Positions 38,951-49,060 are shown, counted from the stretch's first letter. The stretch: 64,000 nt of DNA from Candidatus Binatia bacterium (GCA_035624785.1 DASPQV010000042.1:999-64998); one strand, 5' to 3'. Program-made: numbers and translations. The notes: a model not told the origin generated them from the letters alone.

Positions 38951-40312
38951 ATGAGCGTGACCCCAGGCGTCGCCGTCGACGCCCACCCCGCGGGTGCGGC
39001 GCCAGCCTCCACGTCGCCCAACGGCGCCCACACCATCCCGGACCTGCCCACGGTCCTGGACCGTGACCGGCGAGCCGGCGTCGAGCGGGTCATCGAGCTG
39101 GCCCGCTGGATCGTGCTGGTATTCGCGGCTGTCACCGTCAACTTCCCGGGCAACATCTACAGGAACAGCGACGGAGTGGACCTGTTGCTCGGCATCTGGG
39201 CAATCTTCACCCTGGCCACCACGGTCGCGCTCCTAATCAACCGGATCCCCACCCGACGGGTACAGTACGCCATGCTGGCGCTGGACATCGCGGTCGCCAG
39301 CGGCCTGGTCGACCTCACCGGCGGCTTCCAGTCCGAGCTGGGAATCGTCTTCTATCTGGTCATCATCGCGAGCAGCCTCCGGTTCGGTCTGGCCGGGAGC
39401 CTGATCTGCGCGTCCAGCATCACCCTGCTCTATCTCGGCATTGGCCTTCTCGACCACGGCCAGCTGAACGGACCCACCATCAACCTCTTCGCCCAGCGGC
39501 TGTTCCTCTTCATGGTGATCGCCCTCATCAGCGGGCTGCTCTCGCGAGAGATGATCCAGAGCCGGGCCCGCCAGCTCACCCACACATATGAGCTCGAAGC
39601 CGTCGCGTTCAACGAGCTTCGCGAGGTGGACCGGATCAAGAGCGACTTCATGATGCTCGCGTCACACGAGCTGCGTACGCCGCTCACCAAGATCAAGGCG
39701 TGGGTCAGCCTCATGCAGGACGCCGGGGACCGCCTGCCCCAGAGCGCCCGGGACGAGGGCATCCGCGAGTTGAGGGTCGAGTCCGAGCACCTAGCCAGGC
39801 TCACCGACAACCTGCTCGCCATCGCCCAGCTGGAGTCCGGCGAGATCCGGCTCAAGACCACGGCGTGCGACCTGGCGAACGTGATCGGAGAGACGATCTC
39901 CCGCTTCATCGAGTCAGCGGACCGGAGCCGGTTCCTGGTCACCATCACCCCCGACGCTGCCCGAGTGATGGCGGACGCCGAGCGCCTGGCGCTGACCCTG
40001 GCTTGCCTCGTCGACAACGCTCTCAAATTCTCACCGGAGTCGGAGCCGGTCACCATCACCAGCCACCGTGACGGCGCTTACGCCCTGATCGGGGTCCACG
40101 ACAACGGCCGGAGGATCCCAGACTCCGAGGCGGACCGGGTCTTCGCCTCCTTCTACCAGGTGGAGTCCCCGCTGCTCCGCCAGCGCGGCGGCTTCGGCGT
40201 CGGCCTCTACCTGGCCCGCCAGCTCGTCGAACGGATGGGCGGCCGCATCTGGATCGACAACAGCCGGGTGCGGGGCAACACTTTCGTGATAGCCCTACCG
40301 GGACACATCTGA
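38951..40312 (+). CDS. membrane-anchored sensor histidine kinase (HisKA + HATPase_c)
   Basis: N-terminal multi-TM sensor, H-box MMLASHELRTPLTKIKAW, N-box LVDNALKFSP, G-boxes HDNGRRIP and GGFGVGLYLARQLVE. Confidence 0.85.
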   Translation: MSVTPGVAVDAHPAGAAPASTSPNGAHTIPDLPTVLDRDRRAGVERVIELARWIVLVFAAVTVNFPGNIYRNSDGVDLLLGIWAIFTLATTVALLINRIPTRRVQYAMLALDIAVASGLVDLTGGFQSELGIVFYLVIIASSLRFGLAGSLICASSITLLYLGIGLLDHGQLNGPTINLFAQRLFLFMVIALISGLLSREMIQSRARQLTHTYELEAVAFNELREVDRIKSDFMMLASHELRTPLTKIKAWVSLMQDAGDRLPQSARDEGIRELRVESEHLARLTDNLLAIAQLESGEIRLKTTACDLANVIGETISRFIESADRSRFLVTITPDAARVMADAERLALTLACLVDNALKFSPESEPVTITSHRDGAYALIGVHDNGRRIPDSEADRVFASFYQVESPLLRQRGGFGVGLYLARQLVERMGGRIWIDNSRVRGNTFVIALPGHI

Positions 40313-40323
40313 CATGCGGGGGG

Positions 40324-40407
40324 CGTGGCCCCCCGCAAACCCCCCGGGCTTCACCGCATCGGGGCCGTGGCCCCCCGCAAACCCCCCGGGCTTCACCGCA
40401 TCGGCGC
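40324..40407. repeat. 42-bp tandem direct repeat (2 copies, 1 mismatch) of GC-rich hairpin-forming sequence
   Basis: CGTGGCCCCCCGCAAACCCCCCGGGCTTCACCGCATCGGGGC occurs at 40324-40365 and again at 40366-40407 with a single G-to-C change. It is preceded by a CATGCGGGGGGCGTGGCCCCCCGC hairpin right after the kinase stop. Confidence 0.75.
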
Positions 40408-40686
40408 CGCCTCAGATTCGCGGGCGTCGCCCCCGCAAGCCGCCCGTCGCCCCCGCTGCTCACATGCGGGGCCCGTGCTCCGAATCCCCCATCGAGGATG
40501 GCGCGCCAGGGTGACCGAGCCGGCCTGCTGACCCCCCGGGGGGCGGCCTCGGCGAGCCCATATCGGCTCGGTAAAGGTTCGCAACACTCGGGTAACCGAG
40601 TCGGAGAGTTCGCCATCCCCGTGGTAGGTTCGTCGCCAGGACCGAGGCGCCCAAGCGTGGACGCCACTCCAGGGGAACAACCGGCA

Positions 40687-41514
40687 ATGAGCCCCTTCAC
40701 GGATTACAGCATCCTCAACCCGGCGGCTTCAGCGGCCAGCCGCGCCGGCGTGACCGAGGCGACAGTGCTGGTGATCGATGACGATCCATCGATGCATGAC
40801 ATCCTCACCGTCCTCGGCCAGCAGCACGGCTTCAGCATCCAGTTCGCCGAAGACGGCCTGGACGGCGTCCGGCTCGCGGAGTCCACCGACATCGACCTGA
40901 TCCTGCTCGACCTCAGCCTGCCTGGGCTGACCGGCTTCGACGTCTGCCGGCGGCTCCGTTCGGCCGGAGTCGACGTGCCGATCATCATGGTGTCAGCGAG
41001 CTCCGACCCGGTCGATGTGGTGGTGGGGCTGGAGATCGGCGCCGACGACTACATCATCAAGCCCTTCGAGGTTCGGGAGCTCGCGGCCCGCATCAACGCG
41101 AAGCTGCGGCGCCAGCGCACCTCGCAATCGCAGGTGCGCCCTGGTCGGCTCAAGTTCCCGGGCCTGATCGTGGACGTCGGCCGCCACGAGGTGCTCCGTG
41201 ACGGCAGGCCGGTGACCCTCACCCCCACCGAGTTCGACCTGCTCGCCCTGCTGTCGGCGTCGCCGGGGCGGGTGATCTCCCGCTCCGAGATGATCCAGAA
41301 GGTGTGGGGCCAGGGCGCCGACCTCGATCTCCGCTCCGTGGACGCGCACGTTTACCGGCTTCGCCGCAAGATCGAGCCGGAGGGACCGCGGCCCACCTAC
41401 ATCCACGCGGTCCCGGGGATCGGCTACCGGTTCGAAAGACGCGGCCTCAACGAGAGGCTGGCCAAGGCCCAGGAGATCAGTCCCGAGCCCAACGGGACGC
41501 AGCTGGTCGGCTAG
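40687..41514 (+). CDS. OmpR/PhoB-family response regulator
   Basis: Receiver domain (VLVIDDD...LILLDLSLP...KPF) plus a winged-helix (LTPTEFDLLALL...RSVDAHVYRLRRKI). I moved the start to the internal ATG (MSPFTDYS...); the listed ORF begins 63 codons earlier inside the repeat region. Confidence 0.85.
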   Translation: MSPFTDYSILNPAASAASRAGVTEATVLVIDDDPSMHDILTVLGQQHGFSIQFAEDGLDGVRLAESTDIDLILLDLSLPGLTGFDVCRRLRSAGVDVPIIMVSASSDPVDVVVGLEIGADDYIIKPFEVRELAARINAKLRRQRTSQSQVRPGRLKFPGLIVDVGRHEVLRDGRPVTLTPTEFDLLALLSASPGRVISRSEMIQKVWGQGADLDLRSVDAHVYRLRRKIEPEGPRPTYIHAVPGIGYRFERRGLNERLAKAQEISPEPNGTQLVG

Positions 41515-41594
41515 GGCAGCGCGTCGGAGGCGGCCACACCGGGCTCGGGCGCACCGGAGCCGGGTGCCGGGAAGGGATCGGCGCCAGGATCAGG

Positions 41595-42035
41595 TCAGAC
41601 CGGCGCAGGCTGCTGACGCCGGGCGGCCCGGCGGCGCCGTCCATCCGGCTGGCGGAGCACCCACTGGCCCCGCTCGTTCATCTCGGCCAGCCGCGCGTCC
41701 ACCAGCTGCCCGCTCAGCAGCGACAGGGTGCGGCCCTGGGGCAGCGAGAAGTCGAGGCAGGGCACGACGTCACCACCCCAGACCCGGCGCTCGGTCTGGC
41801 CGGAATAGACGGCCACGCTCCGGGTCACCCGACGCTGATGCGGCCCCCCAACCGAGTACGAGATCCGGTACATCGACCCGGGCCGGAGCCCGAAGTGCTC
41901 CACCGGATTCGGCTGGATCTCCCGAGTGCTGTCACGCACCAGCCGCTGGCGGTGGGGCAGGTCGGAGCTACTGAATAGAGAGGCTTGAACGGACATCTTG
42001 GTGCGATTATCCAGGCTCCCCGAGTACACGCCCAC
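41595..42035 (-). CDS. hypothetical protein, possibly PilZ-like
   Basis: 146 aa. RRVTR...(22 aa)...DFSLPQG loosely resembles the PilZ RxxxR...DxSxxG c-di-GMP motif. This is tentative. Confidence 0.4.
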   Translation of the reverse strand: MGVYSGSLDNRTKMSVQASLFSSSDLPHRQRLVRDSTREIQPNPVEHFGLRPGSMYRISYSVGGPHQRRVTRSVAVYSGQTERRVWGGDVVPCLDFSLPQGRTLSLLSGQLVDARLAEMNERGQWVLRQPDGRRRRAARRQQPAPV

Positions 42036-42226
42036 GACGCCGGGTTACGCGTGGGTCACGGCCCCGTCGCCATTCACCGCTCGGGAGCGATGCCGAGAGG
42101 GGGGACGCCACGGCCACACCGCTGTCGCAGGCAAGATACGACGGGGCGACTCAGAGTCCCCTGGGGGCTGAGTTCGGCCAAGGTAAGTGTGATGACATCG
42201 ACGCTTTCCTGGGCGCGTTCCCAGAG

Positions 42227-43000
42227 GTGAGCATGAGCATCGGTCTCGCCTGCGTCTCCGGGAAGGGCGGGGTCGGCAAGACCACGACCGCCATCAACCT
42301 GGCCGCAGCCCTGGCCGAGCTCGACCGGAAGGTGCTGACCGTGGATTGTGACCCTCAGTCCAACCTGACCAGCGGGCTCGGCCTCAATCCCTACGAGCTC
42401 GAGACGAGCCTGGGGGACGTGCTGACCGGCCGCGCCAGCGCCCAGCAGGCCATCGTTGCGACCGAGTGGAGCAACCTCCACCTCCTTCCAGCCACGCCAG
42501 ACCTCACCGCCATCGAGGCTGAGCTGCCATCCGGGCTGGGCAGAGAGACCCTGCTGCGCGAGGCGATGACCCGGGATGGCGTTCGCTCGGCATTCGACTT
42601 CATCGTCTACGACACGCCGCCGAGCTTCGGCCTGCACACCGTCAACGCCCTCGCTGCCACCGACTACGTGCTGGTCCCGCTCCAGATGTCCGGCTTCGCG
42701 GTGCGGGGGCTGAAGGAGGTGCTGCGCACCGTGGTCCTGGCCCGAAGCCGGCTCAACCCGGAGCTGCGGGTCCTCGGCATCGTCCCGACCTTCGTCAACC
42801 TCCACACCAACTTCAGCCGCCAGCTCCTGAGCGGCCTCGCCGATCTCGCCGGGCTGCGGGTCTTCGAGACCGTGATCCCGCCCACGGTCAAGATCCAAGA
42901 GACATCCCTGGCGGGCATCCCGGTCACCGCCTACGCCCCAGGCTCCAAGGCCGCCGCCGCCTACAGGCAGCTGGCCGAAGAGGTGCTGCGGAGTGTCTGA
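42227..43000 (+). CDS. parA: ParA/Soj-family P-loop ATPase
   Basis: Deviant Walker [25 protein letters not shown], then DCDPQSN and DTPPS motifs. Confidence 0.85.
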   Translation: MSMSIGLACVSGKGGVGKTTTAINLAAALAELDRKVLTVDCDPQSNLTSGLGLNPYELETSLGDVLTGRASAQQAIVATEWSNLHLLPATPDLTAIEAELPSGLGRETLLREAMTRDGVRSAFDFIVYDTPPSFGLHTVNALAATDYVLVPLQMSGFAVRGLKEVLRTVVLARSRLNPELRVLGIVPTFVNLHTNFSRQLLSGLADLAGLRVFETVIPPTVKIQETSLAGIPVTAYAPGSKAAAAYRQLAEEVLRSV

Positions 43001-43640
43001 CGCCGTCCACGACCCCGACCCGAACGACGCGGCAGCCCGCGCCTTGCTGCGGACGACCCCGCTGGCGCGGTGGCTCGCCCCAACCTCCGAATCCCGCCTG
43101 GAGCGCATTGCCTGCCGGGACATCGAGCCCAGACCATGGCCCGCGCCCGCGGGGCTCGACGACGAGCTGGTGGCCCTGGTCCTGAGCGTCCGCCAGCGCG
43201 GCGTCGTCGAACCCGTGCTCCTCCGCCCCCTCGAGGGGAGCCGCTTCCAGGTGGTGCTCGGCGCCCGCCGCATGGAGGCGGCGCGTCGCTGCGGTCTGAC
43301 CGAGGTCCCGGCTATCGTCCGTGACCTGGACGAGGCTGAGGCCACCCTTCTGGCGGCATGGAGCGTGATGCCCAGGATGCGTGCTGGTGAGATCCTCGAG
43401 GTCGCGTCGCGGCTCACCGCCGCCGGGGTGAGCGACGCCGAGATCGCCGTGCTTCTCGGCGCGGACCCGCGGGCACACCCGGCATCTCCGGATCCCGGTT
43501 GCTCTCTGATCGGTGGCGGGGCACCGCTGCGCTTCGCCGGTGCGGCGACCCCGGTCCAGCTGCTCCTGTCGGCCCTGGGCGAGCGCGGAGGGACGACGCT
43601 CGCCTGCCTCGGCGGCGTCGAGCCCGAGCTGCTGGGCTGA
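42993..43640 (+). CDS. ParB N-terminal-domain (ParB/Srx-like) protein
   Basis: [43 protein letters not shown] matches the ParB box II / GERR region. The start overlaps the parA end by 8 nt. Confidence 0.7.
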   Translation: MSDAVHDPDPNDAAARALLRTTPLARWLAPTSESRLERIACRDIEPRPWPAPAGLDDELVALVLSVRQRGVVEPVLLRPLEGSRFQVVLGARRMEAARRCGLTEVPAIVRDLDEAEATLLAAWSVMPRMRAGEILEVASRLTAAGVSDAEIAVLLGADPRAHPASPDPGCSLIGGGAPLRFAGAATPVQLLLSALGERGGTTLACLGGVEPELLG

Positions 43641-43668
43641 CGCAAGGCTATCGGGGGAGGCTAGACGC

Positions 43669-44262
43669 ATGACCGCCCGGCAGCCGGCCGGCGGAGGTCC
43701 GGAGGAGGACGAGCTGCTCAAGCAGTGGGCCTTCCTGGACCGGTTGGTGGAGCGCCAGGCCGCCCAGCTTCGCGCCGGGATCCAGGACGCCGAGGAGGCC
43801 GACGAGGGCCTCACCGAGCTCCAGGGATTGCACCGCGAGCTCGAGGCTGCCCGCGGTGAGCTCAGCCAGGCCCAGGCGGCCCATCGTGCCGCGGTCGCCG
43901 AGGCTCGCCGGGCGCGGGCGCAGCTGAGCGCGCTGGCCGCCGCCCACCAGCAGGTCCTCGACGATCGGGATGCGCTGCGCCAGCGGCTGGACGGCCTCGA
44001 CGGGGAGATGGCCCGATGGCGGACGCGAGGCGATGGGCTGGAGGCCGAGCTGCAGCGGCTGGAGCTGAGAAGCCGCGGCCAGCTCCAGGAGGTGATGGCC
44101 CGGCTCAGCGAGGCGGAGGCGCAGCGGCAGAGCTCGGAACGTGGCCGCCTCGAGGTCCTGGAGAGTCTCCGGGCCGCCCATCTCGAGGTGGAGCAGCTCA
44201 GGGCCCGGATCGCCGCCTCGCGCCGCGGCCTCTGGCACTTCCGGCGCCGCCCCGGCGGCTGA
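43669..44262 (+). CDS. coiled-coil protein (hypothetical)
   Basis: 197 aa of heptad-rich E/A/R/L/Q sequence. Good SD, GGGGGAGG, 9 nt upstream of the ATG. I trimmed the start from the longer listed ORF. Confidence 0.55.
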   Translation: MTARQPAGGGPEEDELLKQWAFLDRLVERQAAQLRAGIQDAEEADEGLTELQGLHRELEAARGELSQAQAAHRAAVAEARRARAQLSALAAAHQQVLDDRDALRQRLDGLDGEMARWRTRGDGLEAELQRLELRSRGQLQEVMARLSEAEAQRQSSERGRLEVLESLRAAHLEVEQLRARIAASRRGLWHFRRRPGG

Positions 44263-44282
44263 GGCGCAGGGGCGCGCCGAGG

Positions 44283-45059
44283 TCAGGCGGGAACCGGCGC
44301 CGCCGGCCGGCGGCCCTGGGCGAGGGCGATGAACGAGCGCAGCGCCTCGGCGGGGACCGGACGGACGGCCAGCTCCTGGAGCAGCGACTGAGCCTCCTCG
44401 AGCAGCACCGGGTCGGGCATGTCACCCTTGCCCGAGGTGGCCATCACCCAGCCGGAGGAGAACCAGAGCACGGTCTCGAAGGCCAGACCGTTGGCGGTGA
44501 GCCCGTAGAGCAGCGACTCGGTGAGACGCGAGAGCGGGCGCTTCGCGTTACAGACAACTATGCCACGAATTCGATCGAGGACACCCAGCTCCTGAGCCAG
44601 ACCGACACTGAGCGCAGCGGCGCGCAGGGAGAGCAGATCGAGAGCTGTGGGAACCACGATCCGATGGGCGACCTTCATGGGCCCGAGCAGAGAGGGTTCG
44701 TGGGGATGGGTGTCGAGCAGCACCACGTCGCAATCCTCGAGCACCGGCTCCAGGACGCTGCGGAGCTGCTGCTCGTGAAGCGGTTCGTGGTTGAGGCTTC
44801 GATGTCCAGGGACGGTCCGGATGCCGAGGGGATGGTCGACCAGCGCCTGAGCCAGGGTGACGCGACCGCGCAGCACGTCGGCGATGGTGATGGCCCGCTT
44901 GGCCTTCTCCAGGGCATTGCTGAGCCCGCCGGTGGGGTCGAGGTCGATGGTCACCACCCGGAGCCCGCTGCTGGCCGCGGCGGCCGCCAGGGCGTAGGTG
45001 GTGGTCGTCTTGCCAACGCCACCCTTCAGTGACGCGATCGTGATTATTTCCGCAGGCAC
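44283..45059 (-). CDS. second ParA/MinD-like ATPase
   Basis: [27 protein letters not shown] Walker A. I set the start at the GTG giving Walker A at residues 11-18; the listed TTG start lies 15 codons upstream. Confidence 0.8.
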   Translation of the reverse strand: MPAEIITIASLKGGVGKTTTTYALAAAAASSGLRVVTIDLDPTGGLSNALEKAKRAITIADVLRGRVTLAQALVDHPLGIRTVPGHRSLNHEPLHEQQLRSVLEPVLEDCDVVLLDTHPHEPSLLGPMKVAHRIVVPTALDLLSLRAAALSVGLAQELGVLDRIRGIVVCNAKRPLSRLTESLLYGLTANGLAFETVLWFSSGWVMATSGKGDMPDPVLLEEAQSLLQELAVRPVPAEALRSFIALAQGRRPAAPVPA

Positions 45060-45078
45060 GTCCGTAGAATATCCCGGG

Positions 45079-46677
45079 ATGGCAACAACCGCGCCATTTG
45101 TCAAGCTCCTGCGACAACTCTCCGGGGCCCGGGACGATTACCGGACTGGCGCCCTGGACATCTCGTGGGAGGGCGGCAAGGCCACCATCTTCCTGGTGTT
45201 CGGCCAGCCCAATCACGCGGTGCTCGACCTCTCGGATGGCCATCACCTGGAAGGCCAGGCCGCACTAGGCGCACTGGTCAATCAGCTACCCGCACGCTTC
45301 CAGGTCTCGCCATGGCGCAAGGAGGTCGGGCGCTCCGAGACCCTGAAGTGCAGCCTCGAAGAGCTGATGGAGCCGTTTGCCCAGCTGGCCGGCACGGTCT
45401 CTGCGGAGGCCGGGGTGAGACGCGGCCAGGAGGGCGGTGAGCCCGCTTCGGCCGGCGCCCGGATCGAGTTCGGCCTTGGTGACTTCCCGCTGCTGCCGCT
45501 CGGGACCACGCTCTGGGCGGACGCGTCGGCCAGCGTGGTCCATCTCGACGTGCTCATCCCCAATCTTCCCGATGCCCTGGTCGTGCTCACCGGCTCCCAG
45601 CTGAGAGCCGCCGGGGTGATCGTCCACCACCGGATCATCGACGCGGTCTGGATCGACGATGAGGACAAGCTCATCGGTGACGCGGCCGCGATGGCTCTGC
45701 TGGGGGCAACCCAGGGCACCGTCTCCGGCTACCAGCTCGGCGACCCCGACGTCGCCGAGGCGCTGACCATGCTCTGGCGCCTTCCCATCGCCTACCGAGC
45801 CCTCCCAGCCGCCTGGGTGGACGGCAGGGCGCTCCTTGCCGACCTGGAGCGGCGGCGCCGGGATTGCGCCATGGTGGTGGCCGGCAGCGAGCTGGGCGTG
45901 GCCCTGATCTCCGCCGGCCGGCTGATGGCCGTCTACACGGAGAGGGACCGCCAGCCGGTCGCTTCGACGGAACGCCTCCTCGCCCTGCTGCGGGCGCCGG
46001 GAGCCCGGCTCACCCTGCGCCAGGGCGTGGAGGAGGGACCGGACGAGCAGCTCCCCGAGGAGAGCTTCCACGCCTACGTCCAGGGGGCCGAGGAGGTCCC
46101 GACCGAGGCCGGTCAACCCGGCTCTCCCGGGGCGCCGCACGAGCCGTCCGAACCCGCATCCAGCGGCTCCCGAGCTGAGACAGCGGCGGTGGAGCCGGGG
46201 GAAGCGGAGGCGGTCGAGGCAGCGCCCGAAGCCGGCAGGCCCGGGCCGGAGGCGGAATCGACGCTTCTCAAGTCGGTGCCGTCGCTGGCCGGCGCGGCGC
46301 CGGACACCTCCCCATGGCTCGCCGCCCTCCGGGAGCAAGTGCTCGGCGCCTCCCCGGGTGAGGCCCCTCCCCCACCACCGGCGCCGCCACCGGTCGCAGC
46401 CGGCGCCGAGGCATGGCTGGAGCCGCCCGCGACGGAGGCTGTCGACTTCACCGGCGTCAAGCGGGACCTGGTCCAGATCGGAACCCTCTGGCTGGGCAGT
46501 GAGGACGCCACCGAGGCCATCGAGATGATCGAGCGGGCCCGACCCACCGTCGAGGACATCATGAGCACCATCGACGCGATCCGGAACCTGACCCCACCGG
46601 GGCACGAGCCGTCGGTGGTCCAGGCGATGGCCCGAGAGATGCGCTTCCACGCTGCGGAGCACCTGAGCGGGCTCTGA
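45079..46677 (+). CDS. DUF4388-like repeat protein with Pro/Ala-rich linker (hypothetical)
   Basis: Three segments resemble the DUF4388 pattern (e.g. FVKLLRQLSGARDDYRTGALDISWEGGKATIFLVFGQPNHA). C-terminal region is P/E/A-rich. ATG at 45079 after GGGAT. Confidence 0.55.
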   Translation: MATTAPFVKLLRQLSGARDDYRTGALDISWEGGKATIFLVFGQPNHAVLDLSDGHHLEGQAALGALVNQLPARFQVSPWRKEVGRSETLKCSLEELMEPFAQLAGTVSAEAGVRRGQEGGEPASAGARIEFGLGDFPLLPLGTTLWADASASVVHLDVLIPNLPDALVVLTGSQLRAAGVIVHHRIIDAVWIDDEDKLIGDAAAMALLGATQGTVSGYQLGDPDVAEALTMLWRLPIAYRALPAAWVDGRALLADLERRRRDCAMVVAGSELGVALISAGRLMAVYTERDRQPVASTERLLALLRAPGARLTLRQGVEEGPDEQLPEESFHAYVQGAEEVPTEAGQPGSPGAPHEPSEPASSGSRAETAAVEPGEAEAVEAAPEAGRPGPEAESTLLKSVPSLAGAAPDTSPWLAALREQVLGASPGEAPPPPPAPPPVAAGAEAWLEPPATEAVDFTGVKRDLVQIGTLWLGSEDATEAIEMIERARPTVEDIMSTIDAIRNLTPPGHEPSVVQAMAREMRFHAAEHLSGL

Positions 46678-46679
46678 CC

Positions 46680-46976
46680 GTGAGCCAGGTGATCGATGCC
46701 CTCACCGGGCACGCCGCCATCGTCCTGGCCGTGGTCGCCATCGCCGAGGGCGTGCTGGCGGCGTGGCTGCTGCGGCGCAACGAGGAGCTGAGGATCCGGC
46801 TCCGCCGCGCCGGCGAGGCTGCTGACGAGGCGGCCCGGGCGGCCGCTCTCGCTGCTCCCGGAGGCATCGATCCCGAGATCGTCATCAACCTGCTCCGGGC
46901 CGGCCAGGCGGTCACCCTGGAGACGGTCCGCGAGCTGATGACCCAGCACGACGGGCTCGAAGCCGTCCCCCGCTGA
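46680..46976 (+). CDS. small hypothetical protein with N-terminal TM helix
   Basis: 98 aa, HAAIVLAVVAIAEGVLAAWLL, then an amphipathic helix. GTG start 2 nt after the preceding stop. Confidence 0.4.
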   Translation: MSQVIDALTGHAAIVLAVVAIAEGVLAAWLLRRNEELRIRLRRAGEAADEAARAAALAAPGGIDPEIVINLLRAGQAVTLETVRELMTQHDGLEAVPR

Positions 46977-47016
46977 GCGCCCGGGTACTCCCGCTGCCCA
47001 CCCTGACCCCGGTCTT

Positions 47017-47559
47017 CTAGCCCTCGATCTCCTGATAGGCAGCGTCAGCCAGCCGCCACGCCAGCTCGGCCGCCTCCTCCCGCAGCTTGAGGAGGGCATC
47101 CTCGGTGACCCGCAGGATCTGCACGCTCTGACGGATCGACCAGCCGGTGCGCTGGGCGCCTTGGGTGGGCATGGCCGTCCCCCGCCAGCCGAACGCTGCC
47201 GAGGCCCGGCCCGCCGACCGCTCCCCATCCCAGAGCACGGAGCTGGGCATGGCGGCCACCTGGAACTCGACGACCCCGGCGGCGGCGGTGTCGCCCAAAC
47301 CCGCCGGCGGCCCTCCTCGGCGCGCCTCCATGGCGCCGGTCCCGGGCCACGATGCCGGCCGCCCGGGGGTAGGTGCCGAGACCAGCGATCGCGCCGACAC
47401 CAGCGGGGCGGCTCGGGAGGCCGCCGGGCGCCCGCTGGCCAGCGCGGTGAGGGCGGCGGCCAGCTGCTCCCCGCTGTCGAAGGCGCTGCCGTCTCCGAAC
47501 CAGTCTTCGCCGAGCAGGTCGTCGTCGACCGAGACCGCCGGCTCGATGGGCACGGTCAT
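47017..47559 (-). CDS. hypothetical protein (acidic N-terminus, helical C-terminus)
   Basis: Start trimmed to ATG 47557-47559, preceded by GGAGGGGGAGG. Divergent from cpaF-1. Composition is protein-like, unlike the plus-strand frame. Confidence 0.45.
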   Translation of the reverse strand: MTVPIEPAVSVDDDLLGEDWFGDGSAFDSGEQLAAALTALASGRPAASRAAPLVSARSLVSAPTPGRPASWPGTGAMEARRGGPPAGLGDTAAAGVVEFQVAAMPSSVLWDGERSAGRASAAFGWRGTAMPTQGAQRTGWSIRQSVQILRVTEDALLKLREEAAELAWRLADAAYQEIEG

Positions 47560-47785
47560 GGCCTCCCCCTCCATCCAGAGGCAGCGCGGGGAGGGCTCAT
47601 GCCGGCTCCGATCGGTCCTCACTTCCGGCGAACGGTCGCCGCCCCATGGTAAGGGCAGTCCGCCCAGCCTCCGGGAAAAGATCGTGTCGCGAAAGTGTTG
47701 CCTCCGCGAAGACGGCCACGGCGGGGACCAGAATCGCCATGGCGACGCGGCCCGCGGGCGGCCGCGCACCCACCAGGAGTTCACC

Positions 47786-49060
47786 GTGAGCGTCGCCGCT
47801 TCCCGACTCGACAACCGCTACATGGAGGCCTTGGGCCCCCTCCGGCCGCTCGTCGAGGACGACAGCCTGACCGAGATCATGGTCAACGGTCCGGAGATGG
47901 TCTACGTCGAGCGGAAGGGCAAGATCCTGCTCACCGACATCCGGTTCGACGACGAAGCCCATCTGCTCCGCGTGATCGACACCATCGTCTCCTCGGTGGG
48001 ACGTCGCGTGGACGCCCGCACCCCGCTCTGCGACGCACGGCTGCTCGACGGATCCCGAGTCAACGTGGCCATCCCGCCGGTCGCCCTGGACGGGCCGCTG
48101 CTCACCATCCGCAAGTTCTCCAAGGATCCCTACCAGGTCTCCGACCTGATCGGCTTCGGCACCCTGACCCAGGAGGGAGCCTCCTTCATCCAGGCGTGCG
48201 TCCTGGCCCGGGCCAACATCGTGATCTCGGGCGGGACCGGCGCCGGCAAGACCACCCTGCTCAACGTCTGCTCGGGATTCATCCCCATCGACGAGCGGAT
48301 CATCACCATCGAGGACGCCGCCGAGCTGCAGCTGCACCAGGAGCACGTCTGCCGTCTGGAGTCGCGGCCCTCCGATGTCAACGGTGAGGGCCAGATACGG
48401 ATCCGCGACCTGGTCATCAACTCGCTGCGGATGCGGCCCGACCGGATCGTCGTCGGCGAGTGCCGCGGCGGCGAGGCCCTGGACATGCTCCAGGCGATGA
48501 ACACCGGCCACGACGGCTCGATGACGACCATCCACGCCAACAGCCCCCGCGACGCCCTGGCCCGCCTCGAGACCCTGGTGCTGATGGCCGGCATGGATCT
48601 CCCCCTCAAGGCGATCCGGCAGCAGGTGGCTGCCGCGATCAACCTGGTGATCCAATTGGCTCGCCTCAAGGACGGGTCCCGCAAGATCGTCTCCGTCACC
48701 GAGGTGGTGGGGATGGAGGGCGAGACGATCACCATGCAGGAGATCTTCCGGTTCGAGCCCAGGGGCGCCGACCCGGCCACGGGCAAGATCGTCGGGGAGT
48801 TCGCCCTGACCGGGATCAGGCCCCAGATCATCGACCGCCTCTTCGACATGGGGATCCCGCTGCCGCCGCGCCTGATGCAGCTGTTCCCCGACCGGCGGCA
48901 GCTGCAGCACGCGGCCATGGTCAGCGCCGCCCGCTCCCAGCCCCAGCCGGGCAACGGGATGCCGGGCATGGGAGCCGGGCCGGGCTACGGTCCGCCCCCC
49001 GGCCTGGGGATGATGCCCGGGATGCCGCCGGCGCCGCCCGGTCCCGGACGTCGCGGCTGA
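47786..49060 (+). CDS. cpaF: CpaF/TadA-type secretion ATPase (type II/IV secretion NTPase)
   Basis: [18 protein letters not shown], Walker [13 protein letters not shown], Asp/His boxes [36 protein letters not shown] start with AGGAG 8 nt upstream; the 213 codons before it in the listed ORF are S/P/R junk. C-terminal Gly/Pro/Met-rich tail. Confidence 0.85.
   Translation: MSVAASRLDNRYMEALGPLRPLVEDDSLTEIMVNGPEMVYVERKGKILLTDIRFDDEAHLLRVIDTIVSSVGRRVDARTPLCDARLLDGSRVNVAIPPVALDGPLLTIRKFSKDPYQVSDLIGFGTLTQEGASFIQACVLARANIVISGGTGAGKTTLLNVCSGFIPIDERIITIEDAAELQLHQEHVCRLESRPSDVNGEGQIRIRDLVINSLRMRPDRIVVGECRGGEALDMLQAMNTGHDGSMTTIHANSPRDALARLETLVLMAGMDLPLKAIRQQVAAAINLVIQLARLKDGSRKIVSVTEVVGMEGETITMQEIFRFEPRGADPATGKIVGEFALTGIRPQIIDRLFDMGIPLPPRLMQLFPDRRQLQHAAMVSAARSQPQPGNGMPGMGAGPGYGPPPGLGMMPGMPPAPPGPGRRG

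Noticed and set aside
40324-40407. CRISPR array hypothesis for the 42-bp tandem repeat and for the three 28-bp repeats at 62.2-63.4 kb
   Set aside because: The 42-mer has only two directly abutting copies with no spacers. The 28-mers are separated by 500-670 bp of protein-coding sequence rather than 25-50-bp unique spacers. No cas genes are present.
40314-40531. Two small ORFs inside the 42-bp tandem repeat encoding repeated PPANPPGFTAS peptides
   Set aside because: The peptide repetition simply mirrors the DNA tandem repeat. There is no SD, and the region lies between a kinase stop and its regulator gene start.
41595-42035. Firm PilZ annotation for the 146-aa protein
   Set aside because: RRVTR...DFSLPQG only approximates the RxxxR...D/NxSxxG consensus, with one extra residue before the Gly. 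It is kept as tentative or hypothetical in the feature table rather than called PilZ.
47147-47785. First 213 codons of the 637-aa ORF 47147..49060
   Set aside because: The translation is S/P/R-rich and overlaps a better-looking minus-strand gene. The CpaF homology begins at [16 protein letters not shown]..., with a GTG and AGGAG 8 nt upstream at 47786.
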